A stretch of DNA of 64,000 nucleotides from Christensenellaceae bacterium Phil7 (GTDB lineage: Bacteria; Bacillota; Clostridia; Christensenellales; CAG-138). The stretch covers positions 404,355 through 468,354 of the forward strand of contig MSGV01000023.1 of assembly GCA_001940845.1 (NCBI GenBank), written 5' to 3'. The notes beneath the pieces were generated by a model, which ran no database searches, was not told the origin of the DNA, and saw only the letters and a program-made list of their open reading frames with translations. Shown one piece after another: positions 21,620 through 30,900 of this stretch. The translations under genes were made by a program, and so were the position numbers. Numbering within the stretch: the stretch's first letter is position 1; the number at the start of each line of letters is the position of its first letter.

Positions 21620-23308
21620 ATGGATGGATTGACCCTTGCCGCCTCTGTTGTTGAGCTAAGGTCGCTTATTGGAGGCAGAATAGAAAAAATTCAGCAGCCC
21701 GAACGCTTTGAGCTGCTGTTTGTTGTACACGCTAATGCCGTCAGTCAAAGATTGCTGATCTCTGCATCTCCGGATAATTGCAGAATACATATTACGGAGG
21801 AAAAGCGTGCTTCGCCGATCGATGCTCCGAATTTTCTGATGCTGTTGAGGAAGCATCTTCAAAATTCCAGAATCACATCCATCGAGCAGCCAAATGCCGA
21901 TAGAATCGTTATCATCAGATTCGCTTCTTTGACGGAGCTATATGATACTACTGAATTCTGCCTCATTTGTGAAATAATGGGAAAGCATTCCAATATCATA
22001 CTTACCGATGGTAATGGTATTATTTTAGACAGCGTGCGTCGTGTTTCGGCCGACATGAGCAGTATGCGGCTTATTCTGCCAAGGCTCACATACGAATATC
22101 CGCCTACGCAGACGAAGAAAGATCCGTTTTTAGCTTCAGCAAAGGATTTTTCTGAATGCCTTTCAAAATCCGATCGTAAGGATAAAGCACTTTCCTCAGA
22201 ATTCTACGGTCTTTCACCATCGATTTCGGCTATGCTGATCGATGCTATTATTTATCGCTGCGGACTTACGGCTTATGACTCTGATGAAATTGGCAGAGAG
22301 CTCTTTCACTTTTATGAGGCTCTCAATGGTGGACAAGCTATTCCCTGCATTGCTGATTTTGGCGATCGAAATACCCTGCTGCCCTTTACACCTGCTATTG
22401 ATAGCTTTACCCGATTCAATACCATGCATGAGGCAGCGGATGAATTCTATCGGCTTCGTTCTCAGACCGAAAGTATTAAGCGCAGAACTGCATCGATTGA
22501 AAAGATACTTTCCAATAATATTCAACGGTTGGAGCGAAAAATAGAAAAATTTTCTATGGCAATAGGTGACGAAGCTGAAATCGAGTCACTGCGGCTATCC
22601 GGAGAGCTGATTACTGCCAATCTTTACCGCATTCCGGCGCATGCAAGATGTATAAAGCTAGAGAACTATCATGTTGACCCTCCGAAGCCAATGGCCATCG
22701 AACTCGATCCCATGCTCTCGGCATCCGATAACGCACAAAATTATTATAAACGTTATCGTAAAGCAAAATCAGCTATGGAAACTGCTATAATCCAGCGTGA
22801 TTCGGCTGATCAGGAGCTGGAATATCTTTGCGGTATCTCGTCCGATCTCTCCAGATGCCTGAATGAAGCCGATTTCGAGGAGATAAAAGCTGAGCTGACA
22901 TCCCAAGGCTATATAAAAGCTGCGCAAACGAAGCGAAGCAAGCCTCCAAAATCAAAACCCCATCGTTTTATTTCATCCGATGGCATAGAAATACTTGTTG
23001 GAAAAAATAATACACAAAACGATAAGCTAACATTTAAGGAAGCCCGTCCGGATAATATCTGGCTGCATACAAAGGGAATTCATGGTTCTCACGTTATAGT
23101 TTGCAGCGAGGATTCAATACCCGACAGAACGCTGTTTGAAGCTGCACAGCTTGCGGCATACTATTCACAGGCGCGGGAATCCGCTCAAGTTCCGGTCGAT
23201 TATACCAGACGAAAATTCGTAAAGAAACCCTCGGGTGCGAAACCCGGCATGGTCATCTATACGAACCAGAAAACCCTTTATGTCAATCCAGAATTGTGTC
23301 TGAAGTAA
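21620..23308 (+). CDS. rqcH: Ribosome quality control factor RqcH (NFACT / FbpA family)
   Basis: NFACT-N start MDGLTLAASVVELRSLIGGRIEKIQQP, coiled-coil middle, NFACT-R end (IWLHTKGIHGSHVIV). Confidence 0.9.
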   Translation: MDGLTLAASVVELRSLIGGRIEKIQQPERFELLFVVHANAVSQRLLISASPDNCRIHITEEKRASPIDAPNFLMLLRKHLQNSRITSIEQPNADRIVIIRFASLTELYDTTEFCLICEIMGKHSNIILTDGNGIILDSVRRVSADMSSMRLILPRLTYEYPPTQTKKDPFLASAKDFSECLSKSDRKDKALSSEFYGLSPSISAMLIDAIIYRCGLTAYDSDEIGRELFHFYEALNGGQAIPCIADFGDRNTLLPFTPAIDSFTRFNTMHEAADEFYRLRSQTESIKRRTASIEKILSNNIQRLERKIEKFSMAIGDEAEIESLRLSGELITANLYRIPAHARCIKLENYHVDPPKPMAIELDPMLSASDNAQNYYKRYRKAKSAMETAIIQRDSADQELEYLCGISSDLSRCLNEADFEEIKAELTSQGYIKAAQTKRSKPPKSKPHRFISSDGIEILVGKNNTQNDKLTFKEARPDNIWLHTKGIHGSHVIVCSEDSIPDRTLFEAAQLAAYYSQARESAQVPVDYTRRKFVKKPSGAKPGMVIYTNQKTLYVNPELCLK

Positions 23309-23321
23309 TTATGGAGGCTGT

Positions 23322-23954
23322 ATGACCATATTTATATTTATTCTAAGTGCAGCAGCGGGATGCCTTATCGGGCAATTCAACCCATCAATCATGCTCTCAA
23401 GACTCGTCTACCATAAAGATATACGAGAGCATGGAAGCGGCAATCCCGGCTTTACAAACTTTTTCCGTTTATTTGGGATACGCTGGGCATGGCTTGTATT
23501 CCTTCTGGATGCATCAAAAACAGCGATCGTCGAGTTAATATTCATGTTTGTATTCGATAAGCATTTGAATAATCCCGCGCTCGGCATTGCCTTCACCGGG
23601 CTATTTGTAACCATTGGTCATTGCTTCCCTCTCAGTTATAAGTTTCGCGGGGGAAAAGGAGCTCTATCCGCGCTGACGACGATATTTCTCTTGGATTGGC
23701 GATGCGGATTGATTGGAATTGCTGTCCTCGCCATCGTTCTGCTAACTATACGTTATATGTCGCTTGCAAGCATCTGCTCCATCAGTGTTGGAACTTTGCT
23801 GCTTCCCGCTTGGGGAACATGCTCAGGCTTTTCATGGGTATGCTGCATACTTTTGACTGCATTGATGATTTGGCGTCATAATTCAAACATTAAGCGGATC
23901 CTTGCGGGGAGCGAAAACAGATTTAGCTTCACACAACAAAAGGATGGGCAATAG
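23322..23954 (+). CDS. plsY: Glycerol-3-phosphate acyltransferase PlsY
   Basis: GSGNPGFTNFFR and FRGGKG motifs in a 210-aa multi-TM protein. Confidence 0.93.
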   Translation: MTIFIFILSAAAGCLIGQFNPSIMLSRLVYHKDIREHGSGNPGFTNFFRLFGIRWAWLVFLLDASKTAIVELIFMFVFDKHLNNPALGIAFTGLFVTIGHCFPLSYKFRGGKGALSALTTIFLLDWRCGLIGIAVLAIVLLTIRYMSLASICSISVGTLLLPAWGTCSGFSWVCCILLTALMIWRHNSNIKRILAGSENRFSFTQQKDGQ

Positions 23955-23968
23955 CAGTTATATCAATG

Positions 23969-24002
23969 AGACCGGTCGATAAAATACGGCCGGTCTGTTT
24001 TT
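23969..24002 (+). terminator. Rho-independent terminator after plsY
   Basis: AGACCGG ... CCGGTCT stem followed by GTTTTT. Confidence 0.7.
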
Positions 24003-24026
24003 AATCTTTGATTGTCGTCTGAGCAT

Positions 24027-25427
24027 TTATGCGGAAATATCCATGCCCGGATCACTATCCTCCTGACCGTTCATATCTGGATCAATTCGCTCGCTCTGTG
24101 CATCAGGGTCGATTACTCTTATAGCATTATTCTGTTCGGACGCATGCCTGCTTTCCTTAGATTCAGCATCTCCTTGGATATCATCAAGTCCCATGCATTT
24201 ATTATGATGAATGGGCTGCCACGAAGGATTTTTAAATATAGCAACTATCGCTATCGGCAGATATGTGGACATAAAAATCGGGAAAGTGAACATATACATG
24301 ATTTTTTTGATCGTCGAACAATGTATGTGTTTCCATTCCGTTATTGTTGTGATCACTCCTACGAAGAAAATCGCCGACATCATGCTGAGAAGAGTACTGA
24401 CTATTGAAGCACCAAATGCCAACCAATCCGGATGCAGAATGAATCCCATTAACGCATAGGCAAGGTTGATCACTACACATAATGCAGAAAGAATTGCCGC
24501 CGGCATTATTATCATAGCCATATCATAGCACGCAAAGCTTCCATTGAGCAATCCCTTTATCAGTCTTCCTCCATGCCTTCCGAATACCTGATAATAGCCA
24601 CGCGACCAACGGAGCCTTTGACGGTACGACTGTGCGAATGTAGTAGGCTGTTCATCAAACAGCTCTGCTTTTGAAGCAAAGCCCACCTTTTCACCATCAA
24701 TAACATTGCAGACCGTAAATTCAATATCCTCCGTCAATGTGAAGAAATTCCATTCTCCATACTTTTCAATCACTTTACGTGAAAACATGAACCCCGTACC
24801 CGAAACGGCACAGCTGGTACCAAGCTTCATCCTAGGCTCATTTAGGTATTTGGACTCCCTCATAAACCAAAGCCCATAACCGGCAGAAATCCAGTTATCC
24901 CCATAATTTTTTGAGTTTCTATAGGATGTAACTATCTCATATCCATCAGAAAACGTTCTGTTTATCTCCGTAATATAATTCGGCCTCAAAATATTATCAG
25001 CATCCAACACCAAAAAAGAATCATATGCCGGGAACTTATCCGACATAAGATTTTTAAGCATAAAGTTCAGTGCATAGCCTTTGCCAATGTTATTTAAATC
25101 GTTACGTTCAAACACCTCAGCTCCCAATGATCTTGCAATTTCTGCGGTATCATCCGTACAATTATCTGCACAGACGTAGATATCGATAAGCTCTGCCGGA
25201 TAATCTTGGCTGCGAATGCTCTCAATAAGCTTTCCAATAACGATCTTCTCATTTCTTGCTGCTATAAGTACAGCTATTCTATTTCTTTTCGACTGTTTAT
25301 GTGGTCTTTCCTTCATAAACCACGCAATCGGGATATAGGCCAACTGATACACATAGCACACATAGAACAGTATGGCTATAACAAGATTAAATATCTCTAT
25401 TATGCTCACTATTTTCCTCCGAAACAA
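24027..25427 (-). CDS. Membrane-embedded family 2 glycosyltransferase, processive synthase-like
   Basis: N-terminal TM helix, GT-A core (IAARNE, DADN), QRLRWSRG (QxxRW) motif, C-terminal TM bundle and an acidic ~50-aa tail. Confidence 0.85.
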   Translation of the reverse strand: MFRRKIVSIIEIFNLVIAILFYVCYVYQLAYIPIAWFMKERPHKQSKRNRIAVLIAARNEKIVIGKLIESIRSQDYPAELIDIYVCADNCTDDTAEIARSLGAEVFERNDLNNIGKGYALNFMLKNLMSDKFPAYDSFLVLDADNILRPNYITEINRTFSDGYEIVTSYRNSKNYGDNWISAGYGLWFMRESKYLNEPRMKLGTSCAVSGTGFMFSRKVIEKYGEWNFFTLTEDIEFTVCNVIDGEKVGFASKAELFDEQPTTFAQSYRQRLRWSRGYYQVFGRHGGRLIKGLLNGSFACYDMAMIIMPAAILSALCVVINLAYALMGFILHPDWLAFGASIVSTLLSMMSAIFFVGVITTITEWKHIHCSTIKKIMYMFTFPIFMSTYLPIAIVAIFKNPSWQPIHHNKCMGLDDIQGDAESKESRHASEQNNAIRVIDPDAQSERIDPDMNGQEDSDPGMDISA

Positions 25428-25767
25428 TGCTGCATATATTATTTCAACATGCGTCCTACATTGCCTTCAACGATAATTACGTCCATTTTTGATGAGCCGC
25501 ACAGCAGAATAATGTAATTTCCCTCTCAAACAAACATTACATACGGAGCAAGAAACAATATTCTTACCAATAAAACCGCTATACTCCCGCCGTTATTAAA
25601 GCCGCGAGCGCCGCTCATACATTTGTGATTATAGCAGGATGTTTCATGAATTACAAGTATATCGTTACATATTAGTACTTTGTTACACTTTTGTAAGGAA
25701 CTATGAATTTCTTTGCCGATAATTAATGCTTTTATTATTGCATACATATCATGCGTCCAAAGCTTGA

Positions 25768-25796
25768 TTGACAATGTACAGCCCGAGCTATATAAT
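25768..25796 (+). promoter_or_regulatory. Consensus sigma-A promoter of the cobamide cassette
   Basis: TTGACA (25768-73), exactly 17 nt, TATAAT (25791-96). GGAGG follows at about 25815 and the ATG at 25829. Confidence 0.65.
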
Positions 25797-25828
25797 TGGA
25801 ATCGTAAAATGATCGGAGGCTTAATACC

Positions 25829-26584
25829 ATGAGAAGAGATCAGCTATATATCTCAAGCATCGACCCAAATTCAGGCATACTTGCAAGGCGATATGGATTT
25901 GGCGTTGAAATTGCCGAATTCTGTACCGCATACAATATGGATGATCGATTTGAAGCTATCTCGCCGATTGTTCAGAATAAAATTGAGGGGGTCCCAATGC
26001 GTTTGCTCCACGCCCCATTCAATGAGCTGTTTCCATGTGCCATTGACCCAATGGCAAGGGAACTTGCACGCCTTCGATATATTCAGGCGATTGAACTCTC
26101 CATAAGATACGGAGCTCATAAGCTCATCATTCACGGAGGCTACAACCCAAAGATATATTTCCCAATATGGTACATACAGCAATCCATAGAGTTCTGGCAG
26201 GAATTTATTGATACGATTCCTGATGGCATAACCGTATGCCTTGAAAACGTTCTTGAGGAAACACCGGATATGCTTTTAGCTATCGTCAAAAACATAAGTA
26301 GTCCAAAGCTTAGACTTTGTTTGGACATTGGCCATGTGAATGCATATTCTAACATTCCAATTCGTGAATGGATGCGAATTTATGCCGATTATCTGAGCCA
26401 TTTTCATATTCATAATAATGACGGAGATCATGATTCTCACAGCGGCCTTCCAAATGGGAGCATTTCAATGCATAATTTCCTTGGTGAGGCGGATGCTTTG
26501 CTGCCAGCAGCAAGCTACACTCTCGAGATCCCGGATGCCGAACCATCCATACTATGGCTCAATGAATTGATCTCCGATGATTAA
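25829..26584 (+). CDS. Xylose isomerase-like / AP endonuclease 2 TIM-barrel protein; candidate CbiR-type cobamide phosphodiesterase
   Basis: 251 aa with spaced metal-ligand-like motifs LHAPF, IIHGG, CLENV, LDIGHV, HFHIHNNDGDHDSH. It sits immediately upstream of cobT-cobU-cobS-cobC. The fold-family call is fairly safe; the CbiR function is inferred. Confidence 0.55.
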   Translation: MRRDQLYISSIDPNSGILARRYGFGVEIAEFCTAYNMDDRFEAISPIVQNKIEGVPMRLLHAPFNELFPCAIDPMARELARLRYIQAIELSIRYGAHKLIIHGGYNPKIYFPIWYIQQSIEFWQEFIDTIPDGITVCLENVLEETPDMLLAIVKNISSPKLRLCLDIGHVNAYSNIPIREWMRIYADYLSHFHIHNNDGDHDSHSGLPNGSISMHNFLGEADALLPAASYTLEIPDAEPSILWLNELISDD

Positions 26585-26638
26585 AAGCCTATAGATCATC
26601 AAATGATTGAAATAATATTTAAAAAAGCAGGTGATACG

Positions 26639-27733
26639 ATGAGCATTGACAGCTTAATAAACGAAATACATCCTTTGGATGCGGAAATGATTGAACAAGC
26701 AAAAAGAAAGCAGATCCAATTGGCCAAGCCCCCAGGGAGCCTTGGTCGGTTGGAAGAATTATCCATTCAGCTTGCCGGGATCACAGGCAAACTGAATAAC
26801 AAAATCAATACAAAGCATCTTCTTGTCTTTGCTGCCGATAATGGAGTTGTTGCTGAAGGTGTATCCAGCGCCCCCCAATCGGTAACCCTACAGCAAACGA
26901 TAAACCTTACCCGCAGCAAAACAGGAGCATCCGTTCTATGCAAAAACTTTGGATGTGATATTACCGTCTGTGATGTCGGAGTGAATGCAGACATACATGA
27001 TTCGGCCGTTCTTGATTGCAAACTCGCTTACGGCACAAATAACATCGTTAATGGTGCAGCAATGACCAGAGCAGATTGTGAAAAAGCGATCCTCATAGGT
27101 GCAAATCTGGCTAAAAACACTTCGGCCGATGTTCTAGGTATAGGCGAGATGGGAATTGGAAATACGACGACCTCTTCCGCAGTATTATCTGTGCTGCTTG
27201 GGGTTGAAGCCGAACATGTTACTGGCCGCGGAGGCGGCATCACGGATAGCAGCTTCGAAAGAAAAAAACAGGTTATCCGCCATGCCATAGAAATAAACCA
27301 GCCAAATAGAGACGATGTGATAGATGTGCTTTCAAAGGTTGGAGGATATGATCTGGCTGCGATGTGCGGTGCATTCTTAGGAGCTGCTGCAACAAGAAGG
27401 CCCGTAGTCATAGATGGGTTCATTTCCTCCGTTGCTGCCCTCTGCGCATATAGGCTCAGCACTTTAGCAAAGGATTATTTCGTTCCAAGCCACGCTTCAT
27501 ATGAAATCGGGTATCGTTTGGCAATGGATGCAATGGGACTTTCCCCTATGCTTCTACTCGATATGAGGCTCGGCGAGGGCAGCGGCTGCCCTTTGACCTT
27601 TGAAATTCTATCAGCAGCTTGTGCGATAATCAACGATATGGCCACTTTTGATGAAGCCGGAATTGATGATGAATATCTGAATGAGATACGCATCGGAGAT
27701 AAATTCAGTGTTGAAGGTGCGTCTAAATGCTGA
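26639..27733 (+). CDS. cobT: Nicotinate-nucleotide--dimethylbenzimidazole phosphoribosyltransferase
   Basis: CobT motifs: KQIQLAKPPGSLGRLEEL, GEMGIGNTT, LGEGSG. Confidence 0.93.
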   Translation: MSIDSLINEIHPLDAEMIEQAKRKQIQLAKPPGSLGRLEELSIQLAGITGKLNNKINTKHLLVFAADNGVVAEGVSSAPQSVTLQQTINLTRSKTGASVLCKNFGCDITVCDVGVNADIHDSAVLDCKLAYGTNNIVNGAAMTRADCEKAILIGANLAKNTSADVLGIGEMGIGNTTTSSAVLSVLLGVEAEHVTGRGGGITDSSFERKKQVIRHAIEINQPNRDDVIDVLSKVGGYDLAAMCGAFLGAAATRRPVVIDGFISSVAALCAYRLSTLAKDYFVPSHASYEIGYRLAMDAMGLSPMLLLDMRLGEGSGCPLTFEILSAACAIINDMATFDEAGIDDEYLNEIRIGDKFSVEGASKC

Positions 27734-28269
27734 TCCTTGTTTCCGGAGGTGCTAAAAGCGGTAAATCCGATATCGCACAGAAGCTTGCCATGGGCTTGTC
27801 CGAAGGCGGCAAATGCTACTATATTGCCACCACTATTCCTTGCGATGCGGAAGATTGGAATCGAATTCAAAAACACATCAAAGATCGCGAGGGTCTTGGC
27901 TTTACTACTATGGAATGCGACAGGAATATTCTCTCCTGTCTGGAATGCTGCGATAAGAATGGAAGCTTTTTGGTGGACAGCAGCACGGCATTGCTGATGA
28001 ATGAGCTGTTTCCGGAAACCCTGGGTTATCAAATGGACGAATCAGCTATCGAAAGATGCAGGCATGAGCTCTGCCTGTTTGCCTGCTCGGTCAGGCATTG
28101 TGTTATCGTTAGCGACTTTATCTACAGCGATGCCGAACGTTATAATGAAACTACCGAAATCTATCGCAAAGGTCTTGCAGCCATAGATCGAGCGCTCGCC
28201 TCTATAGCCGATACGGTTATTGAAGTATGCTCAGGAACGATTACTCTTCAAAAAGGAGAACTCCCATGA
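27727..28269 (+). CDS. cobU: Adenosylcobinamide kinase / adenosylcobinamide-phosphate guanylyltransferase
   Basis: P-loop MLILVSGGAKSGKS and a His-containing RIQKHIKDR segment. The start overlaps the cobT stop. Confidence 0.9.
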   Translation: MLILVSGGAKSGKSDIAQKLAMGLSEGGKCYYIATTIPCDAEDWNRIQKHIKDREGLGFTTMECDRNILSCLECCDKNGSFLVDSSTALLMNELFPETLGYQMDESAIERCRHELCLFACSVRHCVIVSDFIYSDAERYNETTEIYRKGLAAIDRALASIADTVIEVCSGTITLQKGELP

Positions 28270-29009
28270 TAAAACAAATTCTTCATGCGGCTGCTATGTG
28301 TCAAAGCATGTTTTGTGCATTACCCTTTCCTTATAAGGGCTGGGACGAAAAAGCAAGGGGTTTAATGCTTGTGTTTCTTCCTCTGATCGGGCTTGAGATA
28401 GGGCTCATATGGGCCGGACTTGCTTGGCTTTTATATTTTTTATCACTTCCTAAGCTCATATGCGGCGTTATTCTCTGCGCTTATCCGTTCTTCGTGACCG
28501 GATTTCTGCATCTCGATGGCTTTATGGATGTCGTTGATGCAGTCAGATCATGGCGCAGTCTTGATCGCAAGCGCGAGATACTAAAGGATTCTCATGTCGG
28601 TTCATTTTCTGTTATAGCATGCATTCTGCTCATTACCGCTCAGTTTGCGTGCTTTGCATCGCTCAAAAGCGATGCACCAATCCAAATACTTATATTTATC
28701 CCGGTTGTCAGCCGCTGCTGCTCTGCATTTGCCGTAACAGCACTTCCCAGCATGTCCACAAGCCAATATGCTTCCGTTGAAAGAAAAAAATGGATGCTCA
28801 TGCTGCTTTCATTTACTCTGGCCATAGCTATAGCTCTTGGCTTTTTCATCTGTGGGAAATATGGTTTTGCGTTGCTCGGCTGTGTTATCGGATATGGACT
28901 TTCATTGCTGAGAGGCTATATATCGCTTGAGGGAATGAATGGTGATATATCTGGATATGCCCTCAGCATAGGAGAATTATGCTCAATATTGATATTCGTA
29001 TTGTTATAA
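28266..29009 (+). CDS. cobS: Adenosylcobinamide-GDP ribazoletransferase (cobalamin synthase)
   Basis: Polytopic membrane protein with the FLHLDGFMDVVD motif. ATGA overlap with cobU. Confidence 0.92.
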   Translation: MIKQILHAAAMCQSMFCALPFPYKGWDEKARGLMLVFLPLIGLEIGLIWAGLAWLLYFLSLPKLICGVILCAYPFFVTGFLHLDGFMDVVDAVRSWRSLDRKREILKDSHVGSFSVIACILLITAQFACFASLKSDAPIQILIFIPVVSRCCSAFAVTALPSMSTSQYASVERKKWMLMLLSFTLAIAIALGFFICGKYGFALLGCVIGYGLSLLRGYISLEGMNGDISGYALSIGELCSILIFVLL

Positions 29010-29019
29010 GGAGAAAATC

Positions 29020-29394
29020 ATGATCTTAATTATCGGCGGAGCCTATCAGGGCAAACTTGAATTCGCAAGAATGAATTTTTCACTTACCGATCAAGACATT
29101 TTCACCTGCACTGATACTGAAATAGATTTTTCAAAGCAATGTATAAATGGTCTTGAAAATTTTACCTATGCTTGCCTTAGAGCGTCTATTGACCCCATTG
29201 AATATTTCAAGAAAAATTCGGATAGTTGGAAGCAGAGCATACTGATATGCAGGGATATTTCAAGCGGAGTTGTTCCAATGAGCAGCGATATGCGTTTATG
29301 GAGGCAGCTCAATGGAAGGCTTTGCCAATATCTGAGTCAACATGCATTGAAGGTAAGTAGAATATTTTGTGGTTTGGAGCAAAGATTAAAATGA
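29020..29394 (+). CDS. Truncated CobU-like protein (degenerate P-loop, lacks the guanylyl-His region)
   Basis: N-terminus MILIIGGAYQGKL resembles CobU MLILVSGGAKSGKS. The C-terminus (SSGVVPMS...WRQLNGRLCQYL...VSRIFCG) resembles the CobU C-terminal half. AAGGAG RBS. ATGA overlap with cobC. Confidence 0.5.
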   Translation: MILIIGGAYQGKLEFARMNFSLTDQDIFTCTDTEIDFSKQCINGLENFTYACLRASIDPIEYFKKNSDSWKQSILICRDISSGVVPMSSDMRLWRQLNGRLCQYLSQHALKVSRIFCGLEQRLK

Positions 29395-29942
29395 GCAGTC
29401 TTTTCTTGATCCGTCATGGAAAAACAATTGCAAACGAGCTTGGACTTTACTGTGGGAGTACAGATCTTCCCCTTTCCGATGAAGGAAGAAAAAAGCTGGT
29501 AGAATTGAACTACAACATTTCATCTGTACGTTTTATAACAAGCGGGATGAAACGTACTGAAGAAACCCTTGAGCTGCTTTTCGGAAATATCCCGCATGAA
29601 CAAAATAAAGCATTCCGTGAGCTGAATTTTGGTAGATTTGAAATGAAAAGTTATGATGACTTGAAGGATGATGGCGATTATCAGCGCTGGATCTCCGGGG
29701 ATAATGAATTGAATGTCGCTCCGGACGGCGAAAGCGGAGCACAACTCAAAAAACGAGTTATCGAAGCTTTTGAGGCACTGTATCCTTTGACATGTGATAC
29801 AGCTATAGTGACACATGGTGGGGTTATTGCTTTGATAATGGATCGAATTTTCCCCGAAGAAAAAAAATCCCGCTATCAATGGCAGCCAAAACCCGGGCAT
29901 GGCTACGAAATTCAGGCGAATAGCTACAGACCAATTCCATAA
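29391..29942 (+). CDS. cobC: Histidine phosphatase family protein, alpha-ribazole phosphatase-like
   Basis: LIRHGKT (RHG motif), VTHGGVI; last gene of the cob cassette. Confidence 0.8.
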   Translation: MSSLFLIRHGKTIANELGLYCGSTDLPLSDEGRKKLVELNYNISSVRFITSGMKRTEETLELLFGNIPHEQNKAFRELNFGRFEMKSYDDLKDDGDYQRWISGDNELNVAPDGESGAQLKKRVIEAFEALYPLTCDTAIVTHGGVIALIMDRIFPEEKKSRYQWQPKPGHGYEIQANSYRPIP

Positions 29943-30030
29943 CTATGCATAACCGCAGAGGAGCTTTAAACCCCAATTTCATACCCAAGCTCCTCTGCTG
30001 AAAAATATGCTTTGGACTCATCCTTACATT

Positions 30031-30396
30031 TTAACCGTCACCGAACTCAGTTCTCAAGGCTCTTTCAGTAATAATAATGGATATAATAAGGATGATGCAT
30101 TGTATTGTACAGATGATCAAACCTACAACACCGATTCTATAATCCGAAGCATGAATAAATGGAATCAGCGCTAATGCTGAAGGCATCAACATTAGCCATC
30201 CCAGTTTCCACCACAGCTTTCCGCAATAATCATGAGCAAAACTCCAGGTTTCCATATTCCGCATGGAACGCGTGGTTCTATACCCAATCATTGAATGGAT
30301 CTTCTTACCCCAATGCTTCCACATCAGCCTTCCAAAAACGATCATACAAGTCGGCGTCAGCAGATTGATAAAAAGCATAAACCACCAGAACCACAT
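30031..30396 (-). CDS. SdpI/YhfL-family membrane protein
   Basis: 121-aa, 3-4 TM protein with the IGYRTTRSMRNMETW motif typical of the SdpI family. Confidence 0.7.
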   Translation of the reverse strand: MWFWWFMLFINLLTPTCMIVFGRLMWKHWGKKIHSMIGYRTTRSMRNMETWSFAHDYCGKLWWKLGWLMLMPSALALIPFIHASDYRIGVVGLIICTIQCIILIISIIITERALRTEFGDG

Positions 30397-30447
30397 CTTT
30401 ACCCTCTCTAATCATAAAAGCTCAATTTTTATTAAAATTTATCAATT

Positions 30448-30900
30448 TTATTTAAGCGTTAAACAATTAACACTTACGCTGAATGCCTCGTTTCCCGGCA
30501 TCCTCCCGCTCAAAGTTTCAGTTATCTCAAAACCGCAGGATTGATAAAGGGCCAAGGCGGCATCATTCCCCATAAGCACCTCAATAAAAACTGGCCTGTC
30601 CATGTGATCCAACGCATATTTGACAAGTTTTCTTCCAATTCCCCTTCTGCCAAATTTCGGAGCCACATAAAGCCAAGCCAGCTCGTTTTTGCTATATGCT
30701 GCAAAGCCTGCCTGCGCACCTTCGATCGCTGCAACAATCACTGTATAATCAAACAAACCTTCACGCTCTGCCGCAATTGAAAGTGGTACAAATGCATCGG
30801 ATAATCCCGCCAAATGCAGCTCATCTTTTCGCGCCTCATCATGAATACGGCATATCGCATCCCAGTCTCCATCAGCATATGTGCGAATATCAATTTTCAT
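30448..30900 (-). CDS. GNAT family N-acetyltransferase
   Basis: Acetyl-CoA binding motif RRGIGRKL in a 150-aa protein. Confidence 0.85.
   Translation of the reverse strand: MKIDIRTYADGDWDAICRIHDEARKDELHLAGLSDAFVPLSIAAEREGLFDYTVIVAAIEGAQAGFAAYSKNELAWLYVAPKFGRRGIGRKLVKYALDHMDRPVFIEVLMGNDAALALYQSCGFEITETLSGRMPGNEAFSVSVNCLTLK

Noticed and set aside
25526-25774. 82-aa minus-strand ORF in the GT2/cob intergenic region
   Set aside because: It has no RBS and a Cys/Ile/Lys-rich composition typical of AT-rich noise. It also overlaps the strong plus-strand promoter.
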